Source of the DNA: Candidatus Xenobia bacterium
GTDB lineage: Bacteria; Vulcanimicrobiota; Xenobia; Xenobiales; QWHO01
DNA length: 64,000 nucleotides
NCBI GenBank assembly: GCA_045863235.1
Contig: BTUM01000033.1
Coordinates: 1 to 64,000 of the forward strand
Direction of reading: 5' to 3'
The translations under genes were made by a program, and so were the position numbers. Of this stretch, positions 49,037 to 58,330 are shown piece after piece. Every line of letters begins with the position of its first letter. Positions within the stretch are counted from its first letter, which is position 1. Below the pieces are notes generated by a model. That model was not told the DNA's origin and ran no database searches. It saw only the letters and a list, made by a program, of their open reading frames with translations.

Positions 49037-50722
49037 TTAGCACTGACCACCCAGGGCCTGTAGACCGGCCAGTCCGATCTCCCCGTCCAGGTCGCCATTG
49101 GAGTCCGCGGCCTGGTCGAAGTGGTGGAAAACGGCCTCGTTGGCCAGCAACAGGTCGACCGCCTGGCGCAGATCGGGGGGAAGGTCAGGCGAGGCCGCCA
49201 GGGCTTCGAGATCGGCCCGTCCCAGCTTGTCGTCCCGGCCGCCCTGTCCGGCCGCCTGGTCGATCATGGGCAGGTATCGCTCCAGAGTGCGGGCCGCCCG
49301 GGCTTCGGTCATGGGACCCTCGCCCACCGGCTCGGGGGTCAGGCCCTGGAAGCGCTCTTGCGCAGCTCTGAGGTCGTCGATGGAGATCTTGCCATCCAGG
49401 TTGCCGTCATCGTGTTTGGCATCATCGAAGGAGTTGAAGAGGTAGGAGTTCTCCAGAGCCTGCCGGGCCGCTCGTTTGAGCTCGGCGGGGGCGTTCGGAT
49501 CTTCGAGCACCTGCTGCAGGTCTTCGCGTCCGAACACGCCGTCCGCCTGGCCGCCATTGGCGGTATCGAGCAGCGGAGCGTAGCGCTCCAGCACTTCGGC
49601 CGTAGCGGTCGGGCTGAAACTCTCGCCAGGGGGACGCTCCTCGATGAGTTGAAAGCGCTCGGCATTGCGCTGGGCGTCATCTCGGCTGATGAGCCCGTCG
49701 GGAGTGCCGCCTCGGGCGGCGTCGGCGGAATGGAAGTAGGAATCGTTGCGCAGCAGCAGCTCGCAGGCATCGCGCAGCTCGGGCGGGGCGTCCGGATTGT
49801 CGCGCAGCAAGCTCTCCAGGTCCTGACGGCTGACCAGGCCGTCACGGGCCTGGCCGCTGGCCGTATCGAGCAGGTCGAAGTGGTCGACCACGGTTTGGGA
49901 GGCCCAGGCCAGATCTTGACCCGGCTCGGGTTGCCATTCCTGGCACTCCGGCAGGGGCTCGGGATCGGGCTCGGAAGGTTGTTCCTCGCCATCGGGCTCG
50001 CTCACGCACTCCCCGGTCTCGGCCGGCGGCTCCTGGTCATCCGGCTCGCTCACGCACTCGTCGGTCTCGACCGGCGGCTCCTGGTCATCGGGCTCGCTCA
50101 CGCACTCGTCGGTCTCGGCCGGCGGCTCCTGGCAATCGGGCTCGCTCACGCACTCACCCTCAGGCTCGCATTCCGATTCGCACACGCACTCCTCCGTCTC
50201 GGCTGGCGGCGCCTGGCAATCGGGCTCGCTCACGCACTCATCCTCAAGCTCGCATTCCGGCTCGAAGCACTCGGTCTCGGCGGGCGGCTGCTGGCACTCA
50301 GTGCACCCGGCCTGGGCCTCCGCCTCCAGGCGAGCCAGCTCGCGTCTGAGCTGCTCCTCCCAGCTGGCTTCTTCCGGACAGTTGCAGTGACAATTGCCGT
50401 TGCTGAGCTGCCCCTCGAACTGAGCCCAGAGCGGATTGTAACCCGGACCGAGCTGACTACCGGGCTGAGCGGTCACCTGACTCATCAAGAAGGACCAGGA
50501 GAGCTCCGGGCAGCCCCAGCCGCCATAGCCCAGCGTGCCTCCCAGAGCCTGACCGAGATGCCCTCCGTTGTAGGACGTTCCCGGAAAGGCCAGAGCGGTG
50601 CTCGAAAGACCGCCCAGATTCCAGCCCCAGCATGGGGGGCCCATCCAGTTCACCGGGACCGTCGGCAGGGTGGGAAGGCTGAAGGCAAAGCAACTGGAGA
50701 AAGGCTGGCTGCTGATGTACAC
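49037..50722 (-). CDS. Acidic repeat protein with HrpF/NopX-like EF-hand-like repeats
   Basis: RBS AGGAAGGAG + GTG at 50722; six D..DGxI/V/FS/GRxDL-type loops; P(P/A)(E/D)L(R/K)xA linkers. Confidence 0.75.
   Translation of the reverse strand: MYISSQPFSSCFAFSLPTLPTVPVNWMGPPCWGWNLGGLSSTALAFPGTSYNGGHLGQALGGTLGYGGWGCPELSWSFLMSQVTAQPGSQLGPGYNPLWAQFEGQLSNGNCHCNCPEEASWEEQLRRELARLEAEAQAGCTECQQPPAETECFEPECELEDECVSEPDCQAPPAETEECVCESECEPEGECVSEPDCQEPPAETDECVSEPDDQEPPVETDECVSEPDDQEPPAETGECVSEPDGEEQPSEPDPEPLPECQEWQPEPGQDLAWASQTVVDHFDLLDTASGQARDGLVSRQDLESLLRDNPDAPPELRDACELLLRNDSYFHSADAARGGTPDGLISRDDAQRNAERFQLIEERPPGESFSPTATAEVLERYAPLLDTANGGQADGVFGREDLQQVLEDPNAPAELKRAARQALENSYLFNSFDDAKHDDGNLDGKISIDDLRAAQERFQGLTPEPVGEGPMTEARAARTLERYLPMIDQAAGQGGRDDKLGRADLEALAASPDLPPDLRQAVDLLLANEAVFHHFDQAADSNGDLDGEIGLAGLQALGGQC
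49991..50300 (-). repeat. Intragenic 48-bp tandem repeat encoding ECVSEPD(D/C)QEPPAETD
   Basis: Units begin at 49991, 50039, 50087, 50135 and, after a longer variant unit, 50219. Confidence 0.92.
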
Positions 50723-50830
50723 GCGCGGAGCTCCTTCCTGGCTATTGAACTGCCCTGCCAGCCTAACCGTCCCCACCTTGCAAAACCTTTGCAACCAGGA
50801 CTCTGGCCGCCCCGCAAGAATGCCCGCCAG

Positions 50831-53122
50831 GTGCCTGCGGCCTGGTCTGCGCTCACGGTGGTACTGGCCCTCCTGGTGCTGGCCGGGCCCGGCCCTGCCA
50901 GCCTTCCCCTCCTGAACGGGGTCATTCTGCTGCTCTCGGCCTTGTTGCTCGAGCTGACCGCCGTGGCCATGCCCGGAATGGGCTTTTTCAGCGCTGCTCC
51001 GGCCTGCTACCTGGCCCTGGCCCTGATCTCCCCGAAGGCGGCGCTGCTGGCTGCGATTCTTTGCCTGACCCTGCGCACGGCAGCTCCTCCCCAGGGCCAC
51101 CGACTGCTCTCGGCCCTGGCCGACCTCTTGCCTCTGACGGCTGCCCTGGCCGCCTTCGTCTGGCTGGCTCCGGCGGTGGGCGCCTCGCTGGCTCCCGCCT
51201 TTCTGCTGCTCGATCTCTACCTGCCCGCCAGCTGGCTCTTGCCCGAGCTCCTGGCCGGAGCGCTCGACCGCGAGGAGCGCCAGCGCTGGGGTCGCTTCCA
51301 GCATCGCACCCGGCTGGCCTGGTTTGCCCTGAGGGTGGCCGCCCCGGCTCTCTTGACCACCCCGGTGGGCGGGCTCTTGCTGGTGCCCGGCCTGATGGCC
51401 CTGCAGTGGGCCGCGCGTCGGGCTCTGATCAGCTACCGGGCCGAAGAGCGCGAAGAGTTGCGTGATCGGCTCGAGCGCACGCAGCTGGCGGCCGCCGAAG
51501 TGCGCGAGCAGCAGCAGCGCACCCGGCGCGACCTGGCCGGGGCCATCGAGGAGAGCCTGCTCAAGGAAGAGCTGGCCCGCGAGCTGGCCCGCTCCTCCGA
51601 CTATCACGGACGCCTCGAAACCACTCTGCGACTGACCCGCAGCCTGGTGCCCTGTCGCTCAGCGGTGATCTTCGAAGAAAACGAAGGCGCGCTCGTGCCC
51701 GTGGCCTTTCATTCTCCCCTGGCGGCCCGCCTGGAGGGAAGCCAGCTCTTGCAGGCCGACGAGCCCATCGTGCGCCAGGCCCTGGCCAGCGGGCGGGCGA
51801 CCCGGCTGGAGGCGCCGGGCCCGACCCGGCTGATGGAGGGAGAGAGCGTGGCCCTGGCCGTGCCTCTCGACCATCGCACGGCCCTCTACGTGGGCCTCGC
51901 GGCCGGCGAGCTGACCTCCCAGCAACAGCGCTTGCTGGGCGTGTTGGCGGGGGTGGTCGGTCCGGGCCTGGAGCCGGCCCGAGAGGTGGACCGGCTGGCC
52001 CGCGAGGCTACCCGCAGCCAGGCCCTGGAGAGCTCGCTGGACCGGCTCGACCAGGTGCTGGAAGCCACCCGGGTGCTGGGCGCCACCCTGGACCGGCATG
52101 ACCTGCTGCGGGCCCTGGGCGATTCGGCCGCCCGCCTGGTGGCGCACTCCTCGCGTCAGTTCGTGGAGAGCACCCTCGAGGAGGCCCCCGAGGTGGCCCG
52201 GGCGGTGGCCGAATCGGGTCGGCCTCTGCTGATCGACGACCTTCAGACCAGCCGCTTTCCCCCGCTGGCTCCGGGCGAGACCAGCCTGCTGGCAATCCCT
52301 CTCAAGGCCGAGAACCAGCTCCAGGGCGTGCTGCTGCTGGGACGCCGGCAAGCCTTCACCCGCGAGGAGCTCGATCAACTCGAGCTGCTCGCCCTGCACG
52401 CGGCGCTGGCCCTGAGCAACGTCCAGGCTTATGAGCGACTGCGCCAGTCCGAGGCCCAGCTGGTGCAGTCGAGCAAACTGGCAGCCGTGGGCCAGCTGGC
52501 CGCCGGAGTGGCCCACGAGCTGAACACTCCCCTCGGCGCCATCGTGCTGGCCCTCGACACGCTGGAGAAGAAACCCAGCGAGAAGGCTCTCTCCATCGCC
52601 CGGGACGCCGCCCGTCAGGCCCGCTCCATCGTGGAAAAGCTTCTCTACTACTCGCGCGAGGGCCGGGTGGGGCGGCAGCCCACCGATCTCAACCAGGTGG
52701 TGCGGGACACGCTGCTCTTGATCGGCAACCAGCTCCGGATCGACCAGGTGCAGGTGGTCTGCCACCTGGGCGAGATCCCCGAGGTGGAGGCCAGCCCCAA
52801 CGAGATGCAGCAGGTGGTCACCAACCTGATCCTCAACGCCCGGGACGCCCTGCTCGAGGGCCGGGAGCGCCAGGTGACGGTCACCACCGGGGTTCGCCCC
52901 ACCGGCGAGGTCTTTTTGGAGGTGCAGGACCGGGGGCCGGGAATCTCGCCCGAAGTGGCCCCTCGCATCTTCGATCCCTTCTTTACCACCAAGCCCGTCG
53001 GTCGCGGCACCGGGCTGGGACTGTCGGTCAGCAGCCAGATCGTGGCCGCCCACGGCGGACGGCTCGAGCTGCTCAATCCAGGCCAGCCCGGAGCTTGCTT
53101 CGGGATGACTCTGCCCGCATGA
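50831..53122 (+). CDS. Membrane sensor histidine kinase with GAF domains
   Basis: TM helices, GAF-like segments, AHELNTPL, NLILNA, DRGPGI, FDPFFTTK, GTGLGL; start approximate. Confidence 0.92.
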   Translation: MPAAWSALTVVLALLVLAGPGPASLPLLNGVILLLSALLLELTAVAMPGMGFFSAAPACYLALALISPKAALLAAILCLTLRTAAPPQGHRLLSALADLLPLTAALAAFVWLAPAVGASLAPAFLLLDLYLPASWLLPELLAGALDREERQRWGRFQHRTRLAWFALRVAAPALLTTPVGGLLLVPGLMALQWAARRALISYRAEEREELRDRLERTQLAAAEVREQQQRTRRDLAGAIEESLLKEELARELARSSDYHGRLETTLRLTRSLVPCRSAVIFEENEGALVPVAFHSPLAARLEGSQLLQADEPIVRQALASGRATRLEAPGPTRLMEGESVALAVPLDHRTALYVGLAAGELTSQQQRLLGVLAGVVGPGLEPAREVDRLAREATRSQALESSLDRLDQVLEATRVLGATLDRHDLLRALGDSAARLVAHSSRQFVESTLEEAPEVARAVAESGRPLLIDDLQTSRFPPLAPGETSLLAIPLKAENQLQGVLLLGRRQAFTREELDQLELLALHAALALSNVQAYERLRQSEAQLVQSSKLAAVGQLAAGVAHELNTPLGAIVLALDTLEKKPSEKALSIARDAARQARSIVEKLLYYSREGRVGRQPTDLNQVVRDTLLLIGNQLRIDQVQVVCHLGEIPEVEASPNEMQQVVTNLILNARDALLEGRERQVTVTTGVRPTGEVFLEVQDRGPGISPEVAPRIFDPFFTTKPVGRGTGLGLSVSSQIVAAHGGRLELLNPGQPGACFGMTLPA

Positions 53123-55470
53123 CCCGTATCCTGGTGCTGGAAGACGACGCCAACATGCGCTCCATGCTCGAGCTGGTGCTGGAGAAAGAGGGCTACCAGG
53201 TGGAGGCGGTGGGCACCGGCCTCGAGGCGGTGCAGTGTGCCTCCCAGAGCGCCTTCGACCTGGTCATCGTGGACATCCGCATGGAGGGCATCGATGGCCT
53301 GGAAGCCCTGGCCCGAGTGCGCGAGCAGCAGCCCGAGGTGCGCAGCCTGGTGGTCACGGGCTACTCCACCGAGGCCGACTCGATCCGCGCCATCCGCCTG
53401 GGAGTGGGCGACTACCTCAAAAAGCCCTTCGACCTCAAGGAGTTTCTGGGGGCGGTGCGCCGCCTGCTGGTGGCCCGCCGTCAAGAGCAGGAACGAGCCG
53501 AGCACGACCAGCGCCTGCGGGCCGGCCTGCTGCGCAGCACCGAGGCCCTGGCCCGCCTGCTGGATACCATGGGCCATCCCGGGCGACCCCAGCGAGGCCT
53601 GGTGGAAGCCGGGCGACTGGGCCAGCGGCTGGCCCACACCCGCGAGCTGCAGTCGGCCTCGGTCCAGGACGTGCAGCTGGCCGTGCTGCTGGCCGCCATC
53701 GGGGGGCTGGAGGGGGATCTCTACGAGCCCGCCCCCGAGGAGCTGCCGGCCAGCCTGGCCCTGGCCCTGCGCCACCTGGACGAGCGCTGGGACGGCCAGG
53801 GCGGGCCTGAGGGCCTGGCTGGAGCTTCCATCCCCCTCGAGTCGCGTCTGGCCGCACTGGCCCTGGCGGTGGCCCGGGGTCAAGAGCTGGAGCCAGGGCG
53901 GTTCGACCCCGATTGCGCCGCCCTGCTCGATCACCTGGCCCCCGCCCAGCGGCCCGGGACGGACACCGGTCAGGCGCTGCGAGGACTGTTGTCTCTGGGA
54001 CGGGCCCTGGAGGAGGCCGGCGACGCCGCCGGGGCCGGTCAGGCCTACCAGGAGATCATCCTGAGCGGCAAGTCGAGCCGCGAGCGAGTCGAGGCCCACC
54101 TGGGGCTGGCCCGCCTGGCCTCCCCCGGACCCGAGCTCAACCGTCAGGCCCGCCTGGCCACCGAAGTGGCCGCCCAGCAGGGTCCATGGCTTTACGCCCG
54201 CACCCAGCTCAAAGCCGGGATGCTGCTCTGCCGCACCGGTCAAACCGAGGGCCCGGCACTCCTCGAGCAATCCTATCGCCTCTTCCGCGAGCTGCGCGAC
54301 GCTCGCGGGGAAGCGCAGGCCCTCCTGTCGGCCCGCGTGCTGGGGCGAGTGGTCGTGGCTGACCCCTCCCTGCAGCAGGCTCTGACCACCCTGCTCGCCC
54401 CCGAGAACGCCTGGGAGCTGGCGGGCTGCGCCCCGTGGCTGCTGCCGTTCCTGCTCGAGCGCCAGAACCAGGCTCCCGACCCGGTGCTGGCCCGGGCCCT
54501 GATCGGGCTGGCCCGAGACGCGCCCCGCGAGTACGAAGCCTGTTTGAGGAGCCTGGACGTCCCGGCCCGCACCACCGCTGTGACAGCCCTGGCTGAAGCG
54601 GGCGGCCCGGTGGCCGAGCGGGTACTGCTGGCGCTGGCGTCCGATCCGGCCCCCGAAGTGCGCGCGGCGGTGGATGCCGCCCGGCGTCGCCAGCTGGTGC
54701 AACGCACCCCTCCGGTGCTGCGCATCTTCACGCTGGGCCCGCTGGAAGTCTTCAAAGGCGAGGATCGTGTAAGCGACAAGAGCTGGCGCAGCCAGAAGGT
54801 ACGCTACGTATTCGCCTACCTGGCCGCGGCCCGGGCCCAGCCGGTGGCCGAAGACCTCTTGATCGACGCCTTCTGGGCCGACGACTTCGAGAAGGGGCGA
54901 CGCAACCTGTACTGGTGCAGCTCGATGCTCCGGGGCCTGCTGCGCCCCGACGGATGGCCCGACGAGCTGGACTACATCCTGCGCAGCGGCGGCTGCCTGC
55001 AGCTCAACCCGACCCTGCCCCGCTGGCACGATCTCGAGGAGCTCGAGCGCGAGCTGGACGAGGGGGTGCGGCTGCGCGAGGCGGGCCAGAGCGCCCCGGC
55101 AGCCGAGTGCTTCCGGCGAGCCGTGGCGCTCTACCGGGCTCCCTTCCTGGAAGCGTCTTACATGGACTGGACCGACCCCATTCGCACCCGGGTCTCCGAG
55201 CGCGTGCTCGAGGCCCTGACCCAGCTGTTACGCTGGGCGAGCGAGGAAGGTCGCCATCAGGAGTGCCTGGACCACTCGCAGCGGGCGCTGCAGCTCGACC
55301 CCTGCCGTCAGGAGGCCTGCCAGGGCTCTCTGGAGAGCCTGCTGGCGCTGGGCAGGCCCGAGGAGGCGGTGCGCCTCTTCGAGTCCTTCCGGCGAACGCT
55401 GCACGAGGAGCTGGGACTGGAGCCCTCGGCCAGAATCCTGGCGCTCTCCGAGCAAGCCCGGGCCAGATAG
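53119..55470 (+). CDS. Response regulator: REC, degenerate HD-GYP, TPR/HEAT, wHTH-BTAD
   Basis: EDD, DIRM, KPF; ERWDGQGGPEGLAG; IFTLGPLEV; ALYRAPFLE..W; ELGLEPS. Confidence 0.88.
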   Translation: MTRILVLEDDANMRSMLELVLEKEGYQVEAVGTGLEAVQCASQSAFDLVIVDIRMEGIDGLEALARVREQQPEVRSLVVTGYSTEADSIRAIRLGVGDYLKKPFDLKEFLGAVRRLLVARRQEQERAEHDQRLRAGLLRSTEALARLLDTMGHPGRPQRGLVEAGRLGQRLAHTRELQSASVQDVQLAVLLAAIGGLEGDLYEPAPEELPASLALALRHLDERWDGQGGPEGLAGASIPLESRLAALALAVARGQELEPGRFDPDCAALLDHLAPAQRPGTDTGQALRGLLSLGRALEEAGDAAGAGQAYQEIILSGKSSRERVEAHLGLARLASPGPELNRQARLATEVAAQQGPWLYARTQLKAGMLLCRTGQTEGPALLEQSYRLFRELRDARGEAQALLSARVLGRVVVADPSLQQALTTLLAPENAWELAGCAPWLLPFLLERQNQAPDPVLARALIGLARDAPREYEACLRSLDVPARTTAVTALAEAGGPVAERVLLALASDPAPEVRAAVDAARRRQLVQRTPPVLRIFTLGPLEVFKGEDRVSDKSWRSQKVRYVFAYLAAARAQPVAEDLLIDAFWADDFEKGRRNLYWCSSMLRGLLRPDGWPDELDYILRSGGCLQLNPTLPRWHDLEELERELDEGVRLREAGQSAPAAECFRRAVALYRAPFLEASYMDWTDPIRTRVSERVLEALTQLLRWASEEGRHQECLDHSQRALQLDPCRQEACQGSLESLLALGRPEEAVRLFESFRRTLHEELGLEPSARILALSEQARAR

Positions 55471-55574
55471 AGCGGGTCGCGCTTCTCGGGGAAGAGCCAG
55501 CGCAGCACCAGAACGATCAGGTCGAAGAGGACGAAGAGCACGAGGCCGGTGGTCAGCAGCATGTTTGTGGTCAT
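55308..55574 (-). CDS. Possible small membrane protein
   Basis: TATTCT and GAGG before the ATG, one TM helix; 3' half overlaps the regulator antisense. Confidence 0.35.
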   Translation of the reverse strand: MTTNMLLTTGLVLFVLFDLIVLVLRWLFPEKRDPLYLARACSESARILAEGSSPSSSCSVRRKDSKRRTASSGLPSASRLSREPWQAS

Positions 55575-55644
55575 GGCCTCACCAGAATAGGCCCGCGGCG
55601 GTCAGACGGCGGTCAAGATCCGGCCCGAGGGGGTCAAGAAGGCG

Positions 55645-57525
55645 TCAAAGGATCAGTCGCACGCCGCCCAGCGCGCTCAGTCGATGCGTGAACCGGTCGC
55701 CGGGCGTGCTGATGAACATGTAGTTCTTGGGCACGCGCAGCTTGCGCGAAAGGCGCTCGATCAGCTCGGGGCAGAAGGTCCCCTTGACGGCGATGAAGTC
55801 GATGCGAAGCTCGGAGTGGATCCGGTCGATGGTGTTGAGGTACTGGCCCAGCATGGGCGGGATCTTGGCCTCGTCCTCATAGACGTGGATGTAGATCAGG
55901 TGCTTGGTCTGCTCGTTGCGCATGACATACTCGGCCGCGTCGTTGAGACGCTCGAGGCTGTCTTCCTTGGTAAAGTAGATGATGGGCTGCTCGTTGATGC
56001 GCTTGACCGAATCCACGACGTACTGGCGGAAAACCAGGACCCGTTCGAGCACCGCTCGGAGCACCATCAAGATCAGCTTGAAGATCTGGATGCGTACGAA
56101 CATGAGCGCCACAGCGAACAAAGTGACTGCAAAGTAAGCGGCAAAGACGCGCACGGCCTGATCGTTCATCAGCACGTTGCCCACGATGCCCGCGACCACC
56201 GCGGAGATGGCCACAAACAGCGACCACCCCCCGGCCACGTACTCGCGTGGCAGGCGGCCGCGCTTGGCCTTGAGCAGGATGTTGCCCACCGCAAACAAGC
56301 CCATCACGCTGAGAAACGAGAGGGTATACACCCCGGCCAGCCGGCCCACGTCGCCCTGGGTGATCAACAGAATCGAACTGCACATCACGAAGAAGGAGAG
56401 GATGATCCAGTGATTGGTGCGGCGCCAGCGGTTCTCGTGCAACAAGATCTGGGGCAGGCAGCGGTCCAGCGCCATGCGGCGCATCAGCCCGGTCACGCCC
56501 ACGTAGGAGGTCAGCACGGCGCCTGACAGCACCAGAACAGCATCCAGCGAAACCCACTGGGCCATGAACGGGCCCCAGGAGATGCCGCCCATGTCGGCCA
56601 GCAGATCGTGCTCGTGGGCCCGCATCTCGGCCACCGGTATCAAGCCCAGAGCCAGGAAGCTCAAGAGCGGATTGAAGATGGCCACGGCCAGCCACATGTT
56701 GCGCAGGGTCTTGGGAAAGACCCCCGGCTTTTGCTCCTCCACGAAGTTGGCTGAGCTCTCAAAGCCGCTGATGCCCAGCATGGCCGCGGCAAATCCGAAG
56801 AACAGGGCCTTGGCGATCCCATCGGGCGGCGGCGCGTGCAGATTGCTCCACAGCAGGCTGGGATACGAGATGACCGAGCCGGCGCAAACCAGGGCCAGGA
56901 CAGTCATGGTGCCGATATGAAAGAAGAAGATGAAGACCGCCACCACGGCCGACTCGGTCATGCCCATGATATTGAGAAAAGCGAAAAGGCCCAGCAGGCA
57001 GATGGTTGCGACCAGCAGCACGGCCAGTGGGGGGTGGTCACCGGGTAGCAGGTTGGTGGCGTAGTGAATGGCCTCGTAGCCGCTGATCACGGCCGTGGCG
57101 ACGTAGGAGAGCAGGGTCAGACAGGCGGCCATGGAGGCCCGAAACTTGCTGGTGGTATTCAGCAGGACGTTGTAAGCCCCGCCGTTGAGTGGCAGGGCTG
57201 AAACCACCTCATGGTAGATGCCCCGGAACAGATAGAGCAATCCAGCCACGAAGCCCAGCACCAGAGGCGCCAGCGGCCCGCCGTGGATGCAGGCCTGAGC
57301 CGAAACGTAGAGACAGCTGGAAGTGATGTCATTGCCGCAGATGGCGGTGGCCTTGACCTCGCCCAGCTTCTCTTGCAGCCCGCTGTCGAGGTGGTGGACC
57401 TCGATGGGCTCGCAGCCCAGATCGGTGATCTGGCGGGCGGTGCCGTAGCCGGCAAACTCGATCGACTTGTCGTCGAGCAGCGCCAGAACGCTGGCGCTAT
57501 CACTTGTCTTCTTTTGCCTGACCAC
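55645..57525 (-). CDS. APC family amino acid permease
   Basis: ATAICGNDITSSCLY, LPLNGGAY, GISGFESSANFVEEQ; cytoplasmic C-terminal domain. Confidence 0.92.
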   Translation of the reverse strand: MVRQKKTSDSASVLALLDDKSIEFAGYGTARQITDLGCEPIEVHHLDSGLQEKLGEVKATAICGNDITSSCLYVSAQACIHGGPLAPLVLGFVAGLLYLFRGIYHEVVSALPLNGGAYNVLLNTTSKFRASMAACLTLLSYVATAVISGYEAIHYATNLLPGDHPPLAVLLVATICLLGLFAFLNIMGMTESAVVAVFIFFFHIGTMTVLALVCAGSVISYPSLLWSNLHAPPPDGIAKALFFGFAAAMLGISGFESSANFVEEQKPGVFPKTLRNMWLAVAIFNPLLSFLALGLIPVAEMRAHEHDLLADMGGISWGPFMAQWVSLDAVLVLSGAVLTSYVGVTGLMRRMALDRCLPQILLHENRWRRTNHWIILSFFVMCSSILLITQGDVGRLAGVYTLSFLSVMGLFAVGNILLKAKRGRLPREYVAGGWSLFVAISAVVAGIVGNVLMNDQAVRVFAAYFAVTLFAVALMFVRIQIFKLILMVLRAVLERVLVFRQYVVDSVKRINEQPIIYFTKEDSLERLNDAAEYVMRNEQTKHLIYIHVYEDEAKIPPMLGQYLNTIDRIHSELRIDFIAVKGTFCPELIERLSRKLRVPKNYMFISTPGDRFTHRLSALGGVRLIL

Positions 57526-57663
57526 GTTGGGGCCGTCTCTTCCCGATTGGTGCGTGGATTCCTAGGTTCAAGATGGGGATCTCCACGCACAAGATACTGG
57601 GTAGGCGGCCGGGTCCCAGGCCTCTTCGGCCGCGCCTCTGAGAACTCCGGCCGCAGGCCCCAA

Positions 57664-58272
57664 TCAACGCTCCCGAGGAACAGCCAGTAGCTCGAGGAAC
57701 ATTTCCAGCATCTGCGATTGCTCGCGGGTGAGTTTGAGCCCCCGGGCCGCATCGGCCGCCCCTTCGGCCCGCTGGCGCAGGCTGTCGAGCAGTGGGCCGG
57801 CCTGGCTCAAGATCAGGTCCTCGGCCCGGCTCATCTGCTCGGGGGATAGCTCCACCCCGGCCAGAGCTTCGAGCTGCTCGCGGCTGAGCACCTCGGTCAG
57901 CATGTCCCGGTAGCCCTCGCGGCCTCCCTCCAGCCCACGGTCGAGGGCCAGCTCCATGAGGTCGAAAAGCTGGTCGCGCGAGATGCGAAAGGTGCGCATG
58001 CGCTGCTCTTGCTCGGGGGTCAGCCGGACCAGCTCGAGGAACTCGCTGGCCAGTCCGTAGCCCTCCTGGTCCGGCCTGAGAAAGTCGGCCAGGCCGCGAA
58101 GTTGCTCGGGGTCGGGCGCCAGGCCTTCCAGGCGGCCTTCTCGGGCTTGCTGCAGGATCATCCGGACAATGTCCATCATCACCTGCGTTTGAGAGGAGTC
58201 CTCGGTCGGTTGGGCCGGAGCCGGAGCCATCAGCCAGAGCAAAAGCACGAAACCTGTGAGAAAGCGACGCAA
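57664..58272 (-). CDS. Secreted helical hypothetical protein
   Basis: GGAGGT RBS + TTG; signal peptide ending APA-Q; repeated LT/SxEQ helices. Confidence 0.7.
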   Translation of the reverse strand: MRRFLTGFVLLLWLMAPAPAQPTEDSSQTQVMMDIVRMILQQAREGRLEGLAPDPEQLRGLADFLRPDQEGYGLASEFLELVRLTPEQEQRMRTFRISRDQLFDLMELALDRGLEGGREGYRDMLTEVLSREQLEALAGVELSPEQMSRAEDLILSQAGPLLDSLRQRAEGAADAARGLKLTREQSQMLEMFLELLAVPRER

Positions 58273-58330
58273 TGTCTTCACCTCCCGAGAGAAGTTCGCC
58301 GACCGGGGACCGGTTCCTCGAACCCGATCA

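Noticed and set aside
49991..50300. Possible CRISPR-like periodicity
   Set aside because: In-frame coding tandem repeat without spacers.
49121..50830. 1333-aa giant kinase ORF and 856-aa minus-strand ORF overlapping head to head
   Set aside because: Mutual antisense read-through in high-GC DNA; plausible starts are 50831 (+) and 50722 (-).
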